DNA of 64,000 nucleotides from Balanoglossus misakiensis (lineage: Eukaryota; Animalia; Hemichordata). The notes under the pieces were generated by a model, which did no database searches, was not told the DNA's origin, and saw only the letters and a program-made list of their open reading frames with translations. This document shows positions 39,618 through 53,012 of this stretch, in pieces (the stretch's first letter is position 1; each line of letters starts with the position of its first letter). The DNA lies in assembly GCA_040954595.2 (NCBI GenBank), contig CM082589.2, forward strand, positions 4,168,213 to 4,232,212. Reading direction: 5' to 3'. Position numbers and translations under genes: made by a program.

Positions 39618-42600
39618 CTGTGAATAATAAAAATATAATCATAATCACATATTTATGACTTTGTGACAGTATATGTTTGTGTGTAGGAAATACACGACAT
39701 TTAATATACTTAATACTGATTTAAAAAAAATGAATCGAGACATTTTTGGCTGGAATATGCTTACCGCTGAGAAAATTGTAGACAATTGGATTGGTAGCAC
39801 TGTTGGCGTACGCCAACCAATGGGCCACGAAGAAGGGCACGTGGAATACATCGCGTTGAGATAAGTCATGCTCGAACTGCATGAAGACGGATGGAAATTG
39901 CCTGAAACAAGGTACAGAACTCGTGAGATAGATTCAATGTACAGCTGGTAAAGGCACATTGCCATGTAAAATGGTTTCAGTGTTGAAATAATCTACGTTT
40001 TAGTTGCGCCACTCTATAAATAGGGTATACATGTACATCTGAATATATCACTCGGTTGTTATGGGCAACGTTATCTCACAGTGAACCGAACAGGGTAAAT
40101 CGTTCTTACTGTTACACGCTATCGTCTCAAGTGTAGCGAAATTCGGTAAGTTTCACCGAAGAAATAAGCCTTGCGAGTCCTTTATAACAATCGAATAAAA
40201 TTCAGGGAATAAGTTTCTATGGGTATTTAATTGCGTTTCCCCATCTGCTGATTGCGCAATTTAAAATTATTTCAGTTCATTTGTTTTCAATTGTTACACA
40301 TTATATGAACACTCAATAAAAGCTGATATTCGGGAACGTATACAATATCACAGTAAACCTGACTAGACTGTCATTCATGGGGGTGTGCATGCTTTTAGAT
40401 GATGTTTTTGAAGTGGGTAATTCAGTATACGTAACTGCCCTGATAGAATTTGCCCAGGGGAAACAAGTACAGTTTTACCTTTAATTGACTCCCAAATTCA
40501 TCGAATTCACAAGTTGTTATTCAATACAATTAGCTTTGTTCCCCGTTGAGGGATTCAGACAGCCCCTGACGTCATTTGGGCGGTAATTATAGGGATTGAT
40601 TACTTCAGTGAGGGGTGATTTAACATTTAATGATTTTCCACAAACCTTATCCAGGTTAATACATATATATACTACTAATATTACAACCAGATGGGGAGCT
40701 AGCTCTTGCCACAACATGCTAGTATATTCCGCGGTGAGTGCGTCTTTTATATTCATCATAGATCTTTCAAGAATCGTTTAAACTCGATTATAAAGTGTAT
40801 GTGTTTGAGAGTCTGGGAGTTACTGCTTATCCCTTTTGGCTTAAATTTGCGACAGACAATTCCCATTTCTTTAAACGTGGGATAGCTTACCTCAATATGT
40901 TCAAAACATGCAGTGGTAGATAACATATGGCAAATATGATCACCACCACGATCAACATCTTGGCAACTTTTCTTCGAGACAGAAGCTGATTCTCCGTCGA
41001 AGTGTTCGTGGCGTCTTTACCCCTTTTCTCCGTCTTTTTGTCCTTTTTGTCCTTTCTGGTCTGCATGGCGCCCGGAATGGAGGACCACAGTTGTTTGCAC
41101 ACCAGGGTATAAGCCACTGTTACCATGGAGAGAGGTATGACGTAGCCAACACAAACCAGTATGATATGGTATATTTTCTGCTGCACTGTACCTTGCCATG
41201 ATTTCTGAAATACAATTAAGACGTATTCGGGTATTGTGTAATTAAATGCAGATACTGAATAAAAATGAAACTTGAAAGAATATCTGTATCAATACGATCG
41301 AATCAGATGGCACTGTGGTTATTTTTCTTCTATACCGATTTGCTCAAAGTCAGCAATAGGAAAATATTATAAAATACGTATTACCATTTTCTTACCTCAT
41401 AACACTTGGTCAAGTAAATGAACTTCTCCAATGGTCTCTCTGTCTGATACACCACTGCTTGTGGCACCGGTATGAGAAAGGATACTGTCCAGATCAACAG
41501 GATGATTGACAGTGCTCGCTTGGCTGTGGTCTTGAACAAGAGGGGATGGCAGATGGCGAAGTATCTGTCAATGGCGATGGCACTCAGTGTGAACACAGAT
41601 ACGCTCATGGATACAACCTGGTGTAGAGGACATACACGTAATTACAATTTTGAAGTAATAAGCCTGCCAGGAACTCATTAACTTTTTCAATAAGCATCTT
41701 AAGTGTATGCGACTCACAATACTTCCTTCCCAGACCTTGACTTATACACGCATACATTACAATAAATGTATGCTAAGACAATAATCGCAGATTCCAAACA
41801 AAGGTGAACAAAGACCCTGTTAAGTTGGAAACTCATTTGAAACGACAGTTTACAGTTGAGTGCATCCTATCTACCATAATATAGGATTACTGGCCCGCGA
41901 AGCAAAAGGGGTTAGTAAGAGACTTAATAGCATTTTGCTGTAAATTAATAACACCATATGCAACGATATAAGGCGATTATGTGAGTAGGCCTAATCCAAA
42001 GCGACACGACACGACACGTACATTCCTAATGTAATTTTTTCTGACAATTGGAACGTAAAGGGATTTCCGTCTAAACGTGTTGACAAGCGCGGGCGGCGAT
42101 TGTACGGCAGCTAGCGTGTGCAATAACACAGTCACAATGCCGGATACATGTTGATACATGTACGTGTGTTTAACTGCTCTGCGTTTTCCTTGTAAGTAAG
42201 GCCCAGTCTCATTTGACATAAAACTTGCCAATCAAATGGATGTATAAACGAAGTAAATGAAATACTCGTTGTGTATTAACCTTGCAATTTGGGCATCGAT
42301 TAGACCGCTGGCTAAACATTAAATTAATCAAGGAAAGGTCAGCATTCGACGGGTTTGGGCACAACCCTTTTGATTGAATAGAAACCTTTAAAACACACAG
42401 AAAAAAACATCCAATCCTCTTGAATTCGACGTTCACTTTGCTTTTAAATTTGCAGTTCATGTACTTTCATTGTACCTCAGATGGTATAGATATAAATTGG
42501 ATATTACATTTCTGACAAAAGCTTTTGTATAGATTTGATTGTTAAATGGATCGAGTCACTCACGTACTCTTAAAACTCTCTACCCCCGAACATACATGTA

Positions 42601-43080
42601 CAATACTTTTAAAATTTCAAATCTTACCTGAAAGTATGGTATGACTTTGCAGGCCACGTAGCCAAAGTACCATGTCTCCGTTGTATCCATGACGACCGTG
42701 ACGGGCATACATATAATGGAGACGAGGATATCCGCCACGGAGAGATTTATGATATAATAATTGGTGACGGTGCGCATCTGCGGGTTTCTCAGCACGGCCA
42801 CGATTACCAGGATGTTGCCGGCCAGCGCCAGAATGAAGACGATGACGTAGGCAGCGATAAGTGCCCACTCGTGCGTCTTGGGGAAGGTGAACTCGGCCAG
42901 GAGTTTAGGGATCTCCACGTTGTGGACGTAATCCCAATCGTATTCCGATTCGTAGTCGAGGGATACATTCCCGGAACATATCTGCGAGATGTTGTAGTCG
43001 GTGAGATTCTGCGCGAATGTCAAATTTTCGCAAATTGATATCTTGCCCGCGTAGTTTGGCGTGTACCCGCTGTACGACAT
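39412..43080 (-). CDS. HCRTR: Orexin/allatotropin receptor-family GPCR, paralog C; complement(join(39412..39617,39765..39901,40891..41204,41396..41617,42628..43080)), 443 aa
   Basis: The protein is nearly identical to paralog A over the TM regions. Intron phases are the same, all introns are GT..AG, and the exon sum is 1332 nt. Confidence 0.93.
39765..39901 (-). CDS. HCRTR: Receptor C coding exon 4 (NPIVY)
   Basis: ttgtttcAG|GCAATTT ... AGCG|GTAAGC; 137 nt. Confidence 0.9.
40891..41204 (-). CDS. HCRTR: Receptor C coding exon 3
   Basis: tatttcAG|AAATCATGG ... TTGAG|GTAAGC. Confidence 0.92.
41396..41617 (-). CDS. HCRTR: Receptor C coding exon 2
   Basis: ctctacaccAG|GTTGTATCC ... TATGAG|GTAAGA; 222 nt. 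Confidence 0.92.
42628..43080 (-). CDS. HCRTR: Receptor C coding exon 1
   Basis: ATG at 43080; ends TTTCAG|GTAAGA; 453 nt as in paralog A. Confidence 0.9.
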
Positions 43081-43700
43081 GGTTTTAAATGCACTAAGAG
43101 CTAACGTTGGTATTCCGTTTGTTGCTATGTCAACTGCTAAGCCGCGTACGTTGTCCGAATATGATCACCGAGCCTCTGTGTGTGAGCCTTCGATCTCACA
43201 AAATGTCACAGGGAATTGGAAAAGTACCCGCACTTTTTTCAACTTGTATTTTTCAATATAAAGAAGCCGACGTCTCAGTCGCCTCCATTAGAACTATATA
43301 GCTCACCAGCATGCACCCAGCAGGAAGTACTAGGATTCTTTTCCCTGTGCCATCTTCGACATTCGTTCCTTTGAGAAATATTCCAGGCAACGCCGAAACA
43401 TCCACAGCTCAGGTCATAAGGGTAGAATTCCAACGAAGAAGGAGATTTTTACGTGTCCGTCGCTGCAACATCTCCGCTGGGTGAAGCAATTCAGTCGATT
43501 TTTAATGGCACTCGAGAAGTCCGGTTCGTTTTCTAGCTGGCCAAATTAGGATGTATTACCCAATTTGTAATCTGTATGCAACGCACTTATTCCGACGTTG
43601 GAATACCGAGTGGATAACAAGACTTCTGTAACTGCAAAAGTCGATTTGACTTTGGGACCAGTCATCGGAAGATCCCTACAATGTCCGTCGCCATGCACTG

Positions 43701-43725
43701 TTAATTAATTAATTAATTAATTAAT
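43701..43725. repeat. (TTAA)6 microsatellite
   Basis: Directly visible, ~620 bp upstream of the receptor C start codon. Confidence 0.85.
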
Positions 43726-46700
43726 CAATATAATTAACATTGACACTATTCCACCAATTTGTCTCTTCGGCAGTCGTTGTGGTTCATGTCGACGCGCCTA
43801 GTACCTAAAAGGAAATGGGAAATATACAATCCACCGCCATTAGCTGAAACTCGCAATTTTTCTCAACATTCGTTTTTATCAAACGATGCGATGCACAAAC
43901 GATGTGGCCTAGATTCGTGAACCTCCCATAAAATAAATTTCCCCGAGGGGCATTCGTCCTTACCATGAAAACACATCAGCTCTGAAATAATCGAAGTGTT
44001 TGGACTTATATTGATGGCAGTATCTCTCAGAATGCCACAAGGGCACCCATTTCATCAATTAGTCGATAGATTCACCCTGTGCAATCGAAACATAACGCGG
44101 CGGTTACTAAACTGAAAATATTAATCCCTAGGATTTTGAATTTGTTTACATATTTTCCACACGGAGCATTTCATCGTTCAACCTCAATAAAACGCTGTTG
44201 CTAGTGATTTTGCTGCAGAGTACTATTAATGGATTATGCAACATTGGAGGAAAATCACAACAGTATCCCGGTATTTGATCAACTGAACCAGAAAAATGTG
44301 CGCGACATGTGTTATTACCGTATCCGTATCTAAACAACTGAAAAAAACTAAGACAAAAGTATTATGAACTATTGTCAGTTGTGTTAATTCTTTGCCGCGT
44401 GAACGTACATGCCTTTGGACATTGTAGGAGTAATCTGAACATCTATGTTAACTTCTTGATTTGTATTCCATCATTAGGAAGCATGCAAACCTAGTTCTTT
44501 TGAAAAGACGGGCTATTAATCAGTATTAGGACCGTATGTTCAGCTAATAGTGCCCGTGTGATTAATTGACATATAAAAATACTTCAGCCATGGATATCTA
44601 TGCACGAGTATGCAACATTTTTATTGCAAACGTGATGACCGTACATGAAAACAGGTAGAAAATATGGTGCAATAGTCGGAAAGGAACAAGTAATTACCTT
44701 TACAGTTTTAACGAGCATGGCCAATTTGGTTTTATGCGCGACAGTTAATTGGTCACTTTCAAAATTGTTGATGGCCATCACAAATAAGCAGACCGTTTAT
44801 GAGAAGTTGTTACTCGGTATAGAAACATTACTGCACGACGTTTGACCAAAGTCTGACGCAGCCACGAATCAAAGTATGGTCGCGTTACGAGTCTATACGT
44901 TACGAGGCCAGAAGAATATGATCAAAAATAACACTTTGAAGTACTTTCGCCTGCAAATATCACAGGACACACGATTGACGTCTCTGCAGAATTCAACTGG
45001 CTTAATGTCAGAGAAAAAATCCATTTACAAATGGGTTCACGTCTTCTAAAGGTCATGTATCATGTACATCTAAGTAGACTATATCCACCCCTTTTACAGC
45101 AAATTTGAGTCTGCCCGGTCTGGGATTTGAATCCGAATACACGACCGCTATTACTATAAAGGAAACAACTCGGCTGAGTTCTGCCCGGAAAGAATTCGCC
45201 CCAAAGTTATATTCCGTGAATAAGCAATCAAGGAAAAACTATTTTTCCAAGCAACTTGCCACATCTTGATTCACTTTGTAGGGTGCCAATGTCCAGGCTG
45301 ATTTCATTACAAGATGATGAAGCTATCAGAGATAGAAAATTGCTCAAAAACCTAATGAGCACAGTGGTATCACATGGCATCGTCGTGAAACCTTTGCCTA
45401 TTTATGGCAACGGTGGCTATTTTTCTCCATTAATTATTTGTTTCTGCCGGTGGCAAAATAGAGAGTTTTAAAATGTAACAAGCTTTCAATGACAGCTTTT
45501 TTGTAACTTTAGCCTTCTTATTTCTCATAGATATTTAGGGAGTGTATACTCAATCATCATTACCACATACATACTTCTGACCTTTGACCTTTTAGGTGAA
45601 CTGGTTGCGTTGACTTTACCTGATAAATCACGTGGGTATGGTACAAAATATCATACATTTGAGACATGTTGAAAAGAACAAATGAGTATACACATCAAAG
45701 CTACATGTACAATGTACGCAGGTTGTTCGTATAGGATATCGCGAGCACGAGTTTATCAAGTGTTGCTTTCGTAACACTAGATTGCCCACTCACCGTTCCG
45801 AAAAAAAAATCAATACGTGCTTTCAGGTTTCATTGAGGTGAGGTTGGCAGAAGATTTCCGTGTCAAAATCAGATTGCATGAAAGGATGAAGTACGTGACT
45901 GTACACGGTAGACGTTCTCTGCGTTTGTGAACGTTTCAAAACTGGGCATTGACATTTTCTCCTGATTAAAGTAAGCTGGCGATCACTCAAAGAAATCCAA
46001 CTTCCGATAGAAGTATTTTTGGCATTGAACAGCTGCAGTAGTCCCTGTTTAGCGAACATATCTAAGCCTCAAATCATGAAATATAAAATTAAAAAAATGC
46101 TTATACCTTATCCGACCATAATATATCCATAATATCGTAAAGGTTTAATTCTTTTACCTCGTTATATATAAGATAAATGATAGTTCACTGAAACATTGTT
46201 GATTCATCATTTTATATAAGACGTCCTCCAAAGTACGTACCGCCATTCATTTGTCCACATAATGTTGAATCAGGTGGCATTTTAATTTGCAAAGTGAAAT
46301 CTCTGGCATTGCACTGAAATATTTGCGGTGCAATATCACAGACTTGTTATCCCGTTGAGAAAATAGCAAAGGTGCTTATACTGTCTTATCAGGATATTTT
46401 CTTTTCTAAAACTATTTCTGCCTGGTATATTTCGGGTACAGACAGGATAAGATTTGTTGAGACTGATGCAGGGAATTGTGCAATCGACTTTTACACCATT
46501 TCCGGTTCGTGAAATCGATTCGGTCTCACGTTGATAGATTAACGCATTAAATATTTCATCACTTGCAAATTCTGTTGCAAACAAAAAAGCAAACGAAGAG
46601 AAACGCATGTTTCGAATTCAAATACATATTTTCCCTTTGTCTGTGGAAGGACTGTTTTGTTTTCCACTAATAAGGCACATGTTAGGAATTTTGATAGCAA

Positions 46701-49700
46701 TAAAATATACCGTTCATTGTTCGATTTTGGTTTGGTTTGGGGAGTGTTTCCGTCAGTGCACACATACGTGTGATAACGATTCCCCGGCGTTATTCGGATA
46801 GATGCTTGCTAGTCAGACTTATGTTTGTTTTTCTCATTGTATCATTGATTTACAATAGAAAACGTTTGCTTGTTGCCGATTTAGCTACAGGCTGAGCTGG
46901 TTTTACACAACGATGATGTCTGTCACAATCATATATTGCGTTGATTTTCAAACTTAGAGATGTTTAGATGTACGTCGCCTGCTTCGTCAATATTCAAAAA
47001 CAATATGTTGTGGATTTTCCTGTCATAAAATGTACATTGGATTTTGGAGTGTGGTCGAAGTGGATTAGACTTTCCTCAAAACCGACTTTCTGAAACATAA
47101 TAATGACAAGAAATTTACCTTTAGTGCAGTGGCGTGCAGTGCACGAGGTGACTATCAACTTGACTGTCGTCAGAACCCACTTTCAGGTTTCTCCGTCAGC
47201 TGTGTACGACAGATAACCATAAGGCGAACTCTTCATCTAAATATTACGCCTGTGTACCTTTCGATTGCGGTGTAGAACACTGCCACCGAACAACGTTCTC
47301 AATTCGACGGTTAGTCGGTCAGGTTCCCCTAGCTAAGAAACTTAACAGACGGAGGGGTCGCTTAGGTTGGCGTATACAGCACATCTTTGGCTAACATCGT
47401 TTGTATGCGTTGAGAAACTACAATGTTACAGTCTTTTTTTCGAGTTATGCAGATAAAAACAACCGGGCCTCGCTGACGGCACACATTCAATCAGAGAATA
47501 CAATGACGTGGCTGGGAGAGTCTAGAAACAACAGTATATACTTCGTTTGTAGTCTTCGCTTGTCGTCCAATCATGTAATATGGTCAAAATGAGAACAAGT
47601 ATCCCACCTTATTACTTGAAGGCAATTATTCTAAATCCATTCGGTGTATTATGAGTCTCCTTTCACGCTGCACCCGTTCACACCCGTTTATCACCCTTTC
47701 CGTCGAATTATCGTCAAATGATTCACAATAAATTTGATTACATCTGCTCTGGCATTTCAGACTGTAGGTCGCTGATAGAATGACTAGTTTTATGGTCGAA
47801 AGTCAAATATGTAATGGCAGTTGAATCATGGGAAGCATGCGACATCAACACATCTGGCGCATAAAATCCAGATTTGGTAAAGGCAAGGATATACATGCAT
47901 GCTAAGACTGTTTTCGTTGTCGATATGGTTTGTGGACATGCTAGAATCTCTGACAAGTTTTTCAATCGTAATAACCGCGCCTTTCCAGCTTTCATATAGT
48001 TTCTCTTATAATGGAATAACGTACGTTTCATTGTGGTTTATTCTGTTCCAAATAACTTTATGATGTCTACCATTTATACGTCACAGTATGTCTTCACTGA
48101 CTGCATGGGACCAGAAAAAGTACCACACTATTTTCAGAGGTCTACTCAGCACAAAATCATTAGGAGAAATAATGACCACATATGGGAATACAAAGCTTCG
48201 AACGTATAACACTGGCTGATAGATTCTGACGCTAACGATAGCAAATATTGCGTCTTATCCTTTAATAGCCGCGCAAGATCGCCAAACGGCGCCAAAAGTC
48301 CAAGTCTGTCTGCTGTTATATTAAGTTGATCACACTGGATATGTGTTTCAATGCCCCCCAAAGGATGTGTCCGTAATATTTGTTCCCAGATTTGTTGGAC
48401 TTGGCTCGCAATGGGACGAGTGTGTTTCAACTATAAATAATTCGCTTCTTGTAGTTTCAAAGTAAACGGTGTCATTTAGGGGATATTTGTCAGGAGTCTG
48501 TGATTATCTCTATATTACTGTTATATTGTTGTTTTCTTTTGACTGCCGCATTTATTTCGAAAACGTTTGACTGAATTTCAATAACTTTGGATTTGAGTTC
48601 ACGTGAACAAACGTTGGACACTCAGGTTTTATATATAACAAGTGGCCTCTGAAATGGAAGCCAGCTAGCAGAAAATGTGTTTTTTAAAAATGAAAATCAT
48701 CTCGATTGTCGTCTGTACCACTACTGCCGACAGGGACACCCCTTTGCCTTGCAGGTATCGCTCCTTTAGCGAGATGAATTCGCGAGAGAGAGAAAAGCGG
48801 TATCGTTTGATCTACCGTAGAGGACTATTTCGCATTGTATGTGGCCTGCGGGGCACGGCGATGCATGCGGCAGTGAGTAATAACCGATATTGTAGCCATG
48901 AAGTTCAAGTTGTGATTAAACGCTGTGAAGTGACTGGCTTGCCGTGCAGCATGCTGGGAAGAGAGAACAGCACATGCGTATTAACCTGCCCCCTTTTTTA
49001 TACTAATGAGCACCATTGAGTATACTCGTATGTGCCAATTTTGTAAACTATTAGCAATTACATCATATAAATCCTGGTCTCCTTACCTTCTCTTGGCCAA
49101 TCAACACAGTTAATTGCAATGGTTTCCAACGTTGAAATTGCCACCAAATGTTTACAAAGTCGGCCTCATGTATCTCACGCATGTGCAGACGAGGGTGATC
49201 ACCATTCGATTGCTCTTGACATAACTTGATTGAACCTATCGATTGAAAAACGTGAAGACGTGTCATGTTCAGGGAAAGCATTCGTCCTGGCAAAGGCGCC
49301 CCAGGCGCTGTGTCACTCGGCCACCACGTGTCTCCAGCGCTGCATTTAATATACACCGGGTATGACAGACGTGTTAGTGCGTGAAAAACCGACCGCTGAT
49401 TAATATTCGCATTCATTGATCCGGTCAGCTGGGCATCGCCGCGAGAATGCATCAAGTTTTTTTATTTCCAAAACGGTGAACATAAATATGGCGATAACCT
49501 TTTTGTGAAAATTCATTTTGACAGACAGATGGACACCGCGTCTGTTCATTTTACGGGACGCGATCAATTGTGACTGACCAAGTGACAGAGCACCTCCAAA
49601 GTTCTCTCTCCTGAAAGTTTTATCGATAACACGTTGACCTTCTAAAAGTAGTCTGTAGATAACTACAATCATGGGGATTGTAGGGGGCGACATAAAAGCA

Positions 49701-52700
49701 ACGCTCGTAAAATCTCGTACAATAGCAAAGAAGGATAACATAGCATTTGTGGCTTATGTTGTCATCTTATCCAAGACAGAGGGCGCACGACAATAAAGAC
49801 CAAAGCGAAAAGCTATTTATGGTCTGGTCTTTTCGCATGGTATTTTACTGCTCTTAGAGGACTTAATGTACACCAATGTACTTCAGACTATCTTATATAA
49901 TCACGATGACTTTAGGTAATCTACAGGGAGAATGAAACGTAGAAAATTACAAATTCCAAATCGAGGGACAGTGTCAGGGTGTCTGTAGCATCCATCCATC
50001 CAACCTAAACCACAAATTCGTACTTCTGATTTCACTGTGTGGTGGCGCTCTCTGTACATGTAAAATTGCGAAGCATGCAAATACACAATACTTCCAAAAT
50101 ATGCATGTCGGACGAGTAACCTTACGGCGAAATAACCTTCATTGGTTAATTAAGCTGATATTTCAGAATAGCTAATTAAAATAAATGAATAATGGATTGC
50201 AAGCGGTACAAAAATGACAGAAAGGGAGATTGTGGGGGAGGAGGCATTAGTGGGCAACCGTACGCAGGTGCACGTGGGTGTCTGGATGAAGCGCGCCCCC
50301 AGGACTCTGATGTGTGTTGTTCCCCGTGTTCCGCCGGCGAGGGACTGTGATTTCACTTCAGGGGGCACGGTGATTTTCCGTCGGTCGAACACCGACGCCT
50401 TCGGGCCCGCATCGAGTACGATGCGCCGAAGGCTGCTGACTAATACATGGAACTCTCTCATTGGCACGTGGGCGTCCAGCCATCTGCAGGTATAACAACC
50501 GCACATTCTTTGGGAGAGCGATAAATATTTCAGAATGTGAACGTGTATACGCCGGCTGCCCGGAGGTCAAGAAGCACTTAAACAATTTCTCACCAACTTC
50601 GACCCATTGAAGTTTCATTAAATATACATAGCGTGAAATCAGAATCGTTTTAGCAGCGATCCAAATGAGGAGAAGACTCGTTGATAACATGACATGGGAC
50701 CAATAACGGCCGCTATTATCTGATTCGTAAGACTCGACCCAGATAAATGCGAAAAAAGTCGACTCCCAGTTAATCTTCTGTTCTCGTTTCCTAGTCGTGG
50801 TGCTTCCTCTGAATAAATGGGTTAATTGCTAAATGTCTTAGATGAGCATGTCAAGAACAAGACGAATACCAAAGCGCATCGAAGCGGATTTTTTTTCAAA
50901 TATAACCATGGCTTTTCAAGATACTCACATGCATTTCAAGTCCGAGAGCAACCGCTGAATTCAAACCAACAGGACATACCCGACGTGCCTGGGCGAGCTG
51001 AATTTCAACACCGAGCTCCCACTTGGATTACAAGATACCAGCCCCCGTCACTCATGGCCGAGTGCAACTTGTCTGTTTTCTGTTCGGCTCACGCCAATTG
51101 ACTGCCGTTGCCGAGAGTCAAAAATCAAAAATCCTTACGTAATATTCAAAATACCCAGGTGTACGGCTACTACAGCTAACGCTATGTTAATGACGTACAC
51201 CCTTATTGTTCATCCACCATTGATATTTAAATGCTATGCATTCGTAGTACAATCGTCACAAGACGAAAGTACAGAAGAGGGTCAAGATACGGTGCTCATA
51301 GTTCTTGTATGTATAGCGTCAAGAATTATCGAAAAAATATCCACGATACTGGATAGAATTACACAGAAAACTAAGTAAATGGGAAGTATTAAGAATTCTA
51401 AGCGTTTTTCGTTTGTAGACATTGCATATTGAGGGCGTATTATGCAGTTAAGAGCATCATTTCTTATTCAATTGGTGTAGTGTTCCACTATAGGGACACT
51501 AGCATTTCCGGTGTACGTGAGGTGGATAACGGCACGGTACACACGCTTGCCAACAAACTGTTCTGTTTGTAGACCTTCACGAATGGAAATTGATTCTCGG
51601 TTTCAATCATATGTACAAGATAAAGCGATAAGCCCATGTGGTAAACCGGGTCACGGCACCGCTACAAGCGTTTGAGTTCAATTGACTTTCATTAAAAAGC
51701 GATATTTAGAAAAATCGTGGAATTGACCCGTTATTACCATTTCATTAGTTGCGTATTTTCGGCCTCAAATACGCCGAACATTTGTGTACACAAACGTGCG
51801 GCGTATGCGACGCGGCTAAAAACCTTAGTAAATCAAGGCTGATTTCCTTGGCGACTGTATGGCTGCCTATAAGGAGACTGTCTTGGTCAAATCCATGCAT
51901 ACTGCTACACTTGTTGCGTTTTTTTTACAAGATCACAGCCTGTTCTGCCATCTGAAATAGCAGCTATAAGTAGCAACCTAAAATAACATTAGTTAAGAGT
52001 GCCCTCAAGCGGCGGACTGGGGTCTCTTACGGCGCAAGATATTAGCGAAGCAGTGATTCTATTCTCATCGTGTGGCCCAATCAAGGCGAATCAATTGGGC
52101 AGAAAATTTGTACAAAAAGGGGGGAAGCAGAACTGAAAAGGCTTCCTAAGCCTCTCGCTTCGTCGTCGAATTTAAATTAGAAGGTTTATATGGGGAAGTA
52201 TGAACATTGGCACATGGGCATTAAATTGCGTGATGTACATGCGAATACTTTCAAGTCCCTGTTCAGTTACGCTTGAGTTGAAATCCGGACCTGGTATACA
52301 TGTACATGTATACACGCCATTCTGTGGTTATGTAGTCGCCATCTTGGATTCACTGAATCACAGGTTTGTACTAAACATCTCTCTTTGTGTTGCTACGTTC
52401 GGAAAGTAGGTTTTACTGGGCCCTGATATGAAAAGAAGAAACTAAAGTTTCAGATGTTGCAACACGCTTTCTCGTTTCTGCATGCACGTGCCATCGACGG
52501 ACGTTTGCGGCATGGGGAATTTCGGAAAACCCGCCGAGTATTGACGAACGCGTGACGCGCTCCGCCAGCAGCGGAGAATATTAAAGGGAAACGATGCATC
52601 TAATTATGTTGGCCTTCTTTAGTTATTCATGACGCCCTAATGGCGGTCTGGATTGACCTATTATCCTCAGAGCGTTCAGAGCCATGGCCAAGATAATAAA

Positions 52701-52968
52701 ATATGCCAGCACCATCTGAAATACGATTCAACGGAACCCCGAGAGAAAAACAATGGAAAACTGCTCATTGTTCGCTAGTGAAAATAAATTACGGCATCAC
52801 AGATGAGAAAAACATGTTGACGTTTCACTCAAAGAAAACGGCTGTACTTTAAACACCGGATTCTGTCTTGCTCAAGGTAACGGGTAACGTCTTCCCAGAA
52901 ATGATTACACCTTGGGGATGAGACCCGAGAAGGTAAACAGGATCATCATATAGAGATAACGCACACGT

Positions 52969-53012
52969 CATCCATCCATCCATCCATCCATCCATCCATC
53001 CATCCATCCATC
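52969..53012. repeat. (CATC)11 microsatellite
   Basis: Directly visible. Confidence 0.9.

Noticed and set aside
45105-45150. B-box-like GGATTCAAATCCC on the minus strand (tRNA or SINE?)
   Set aside because: No A box, cloverleaf or tail is discernible.
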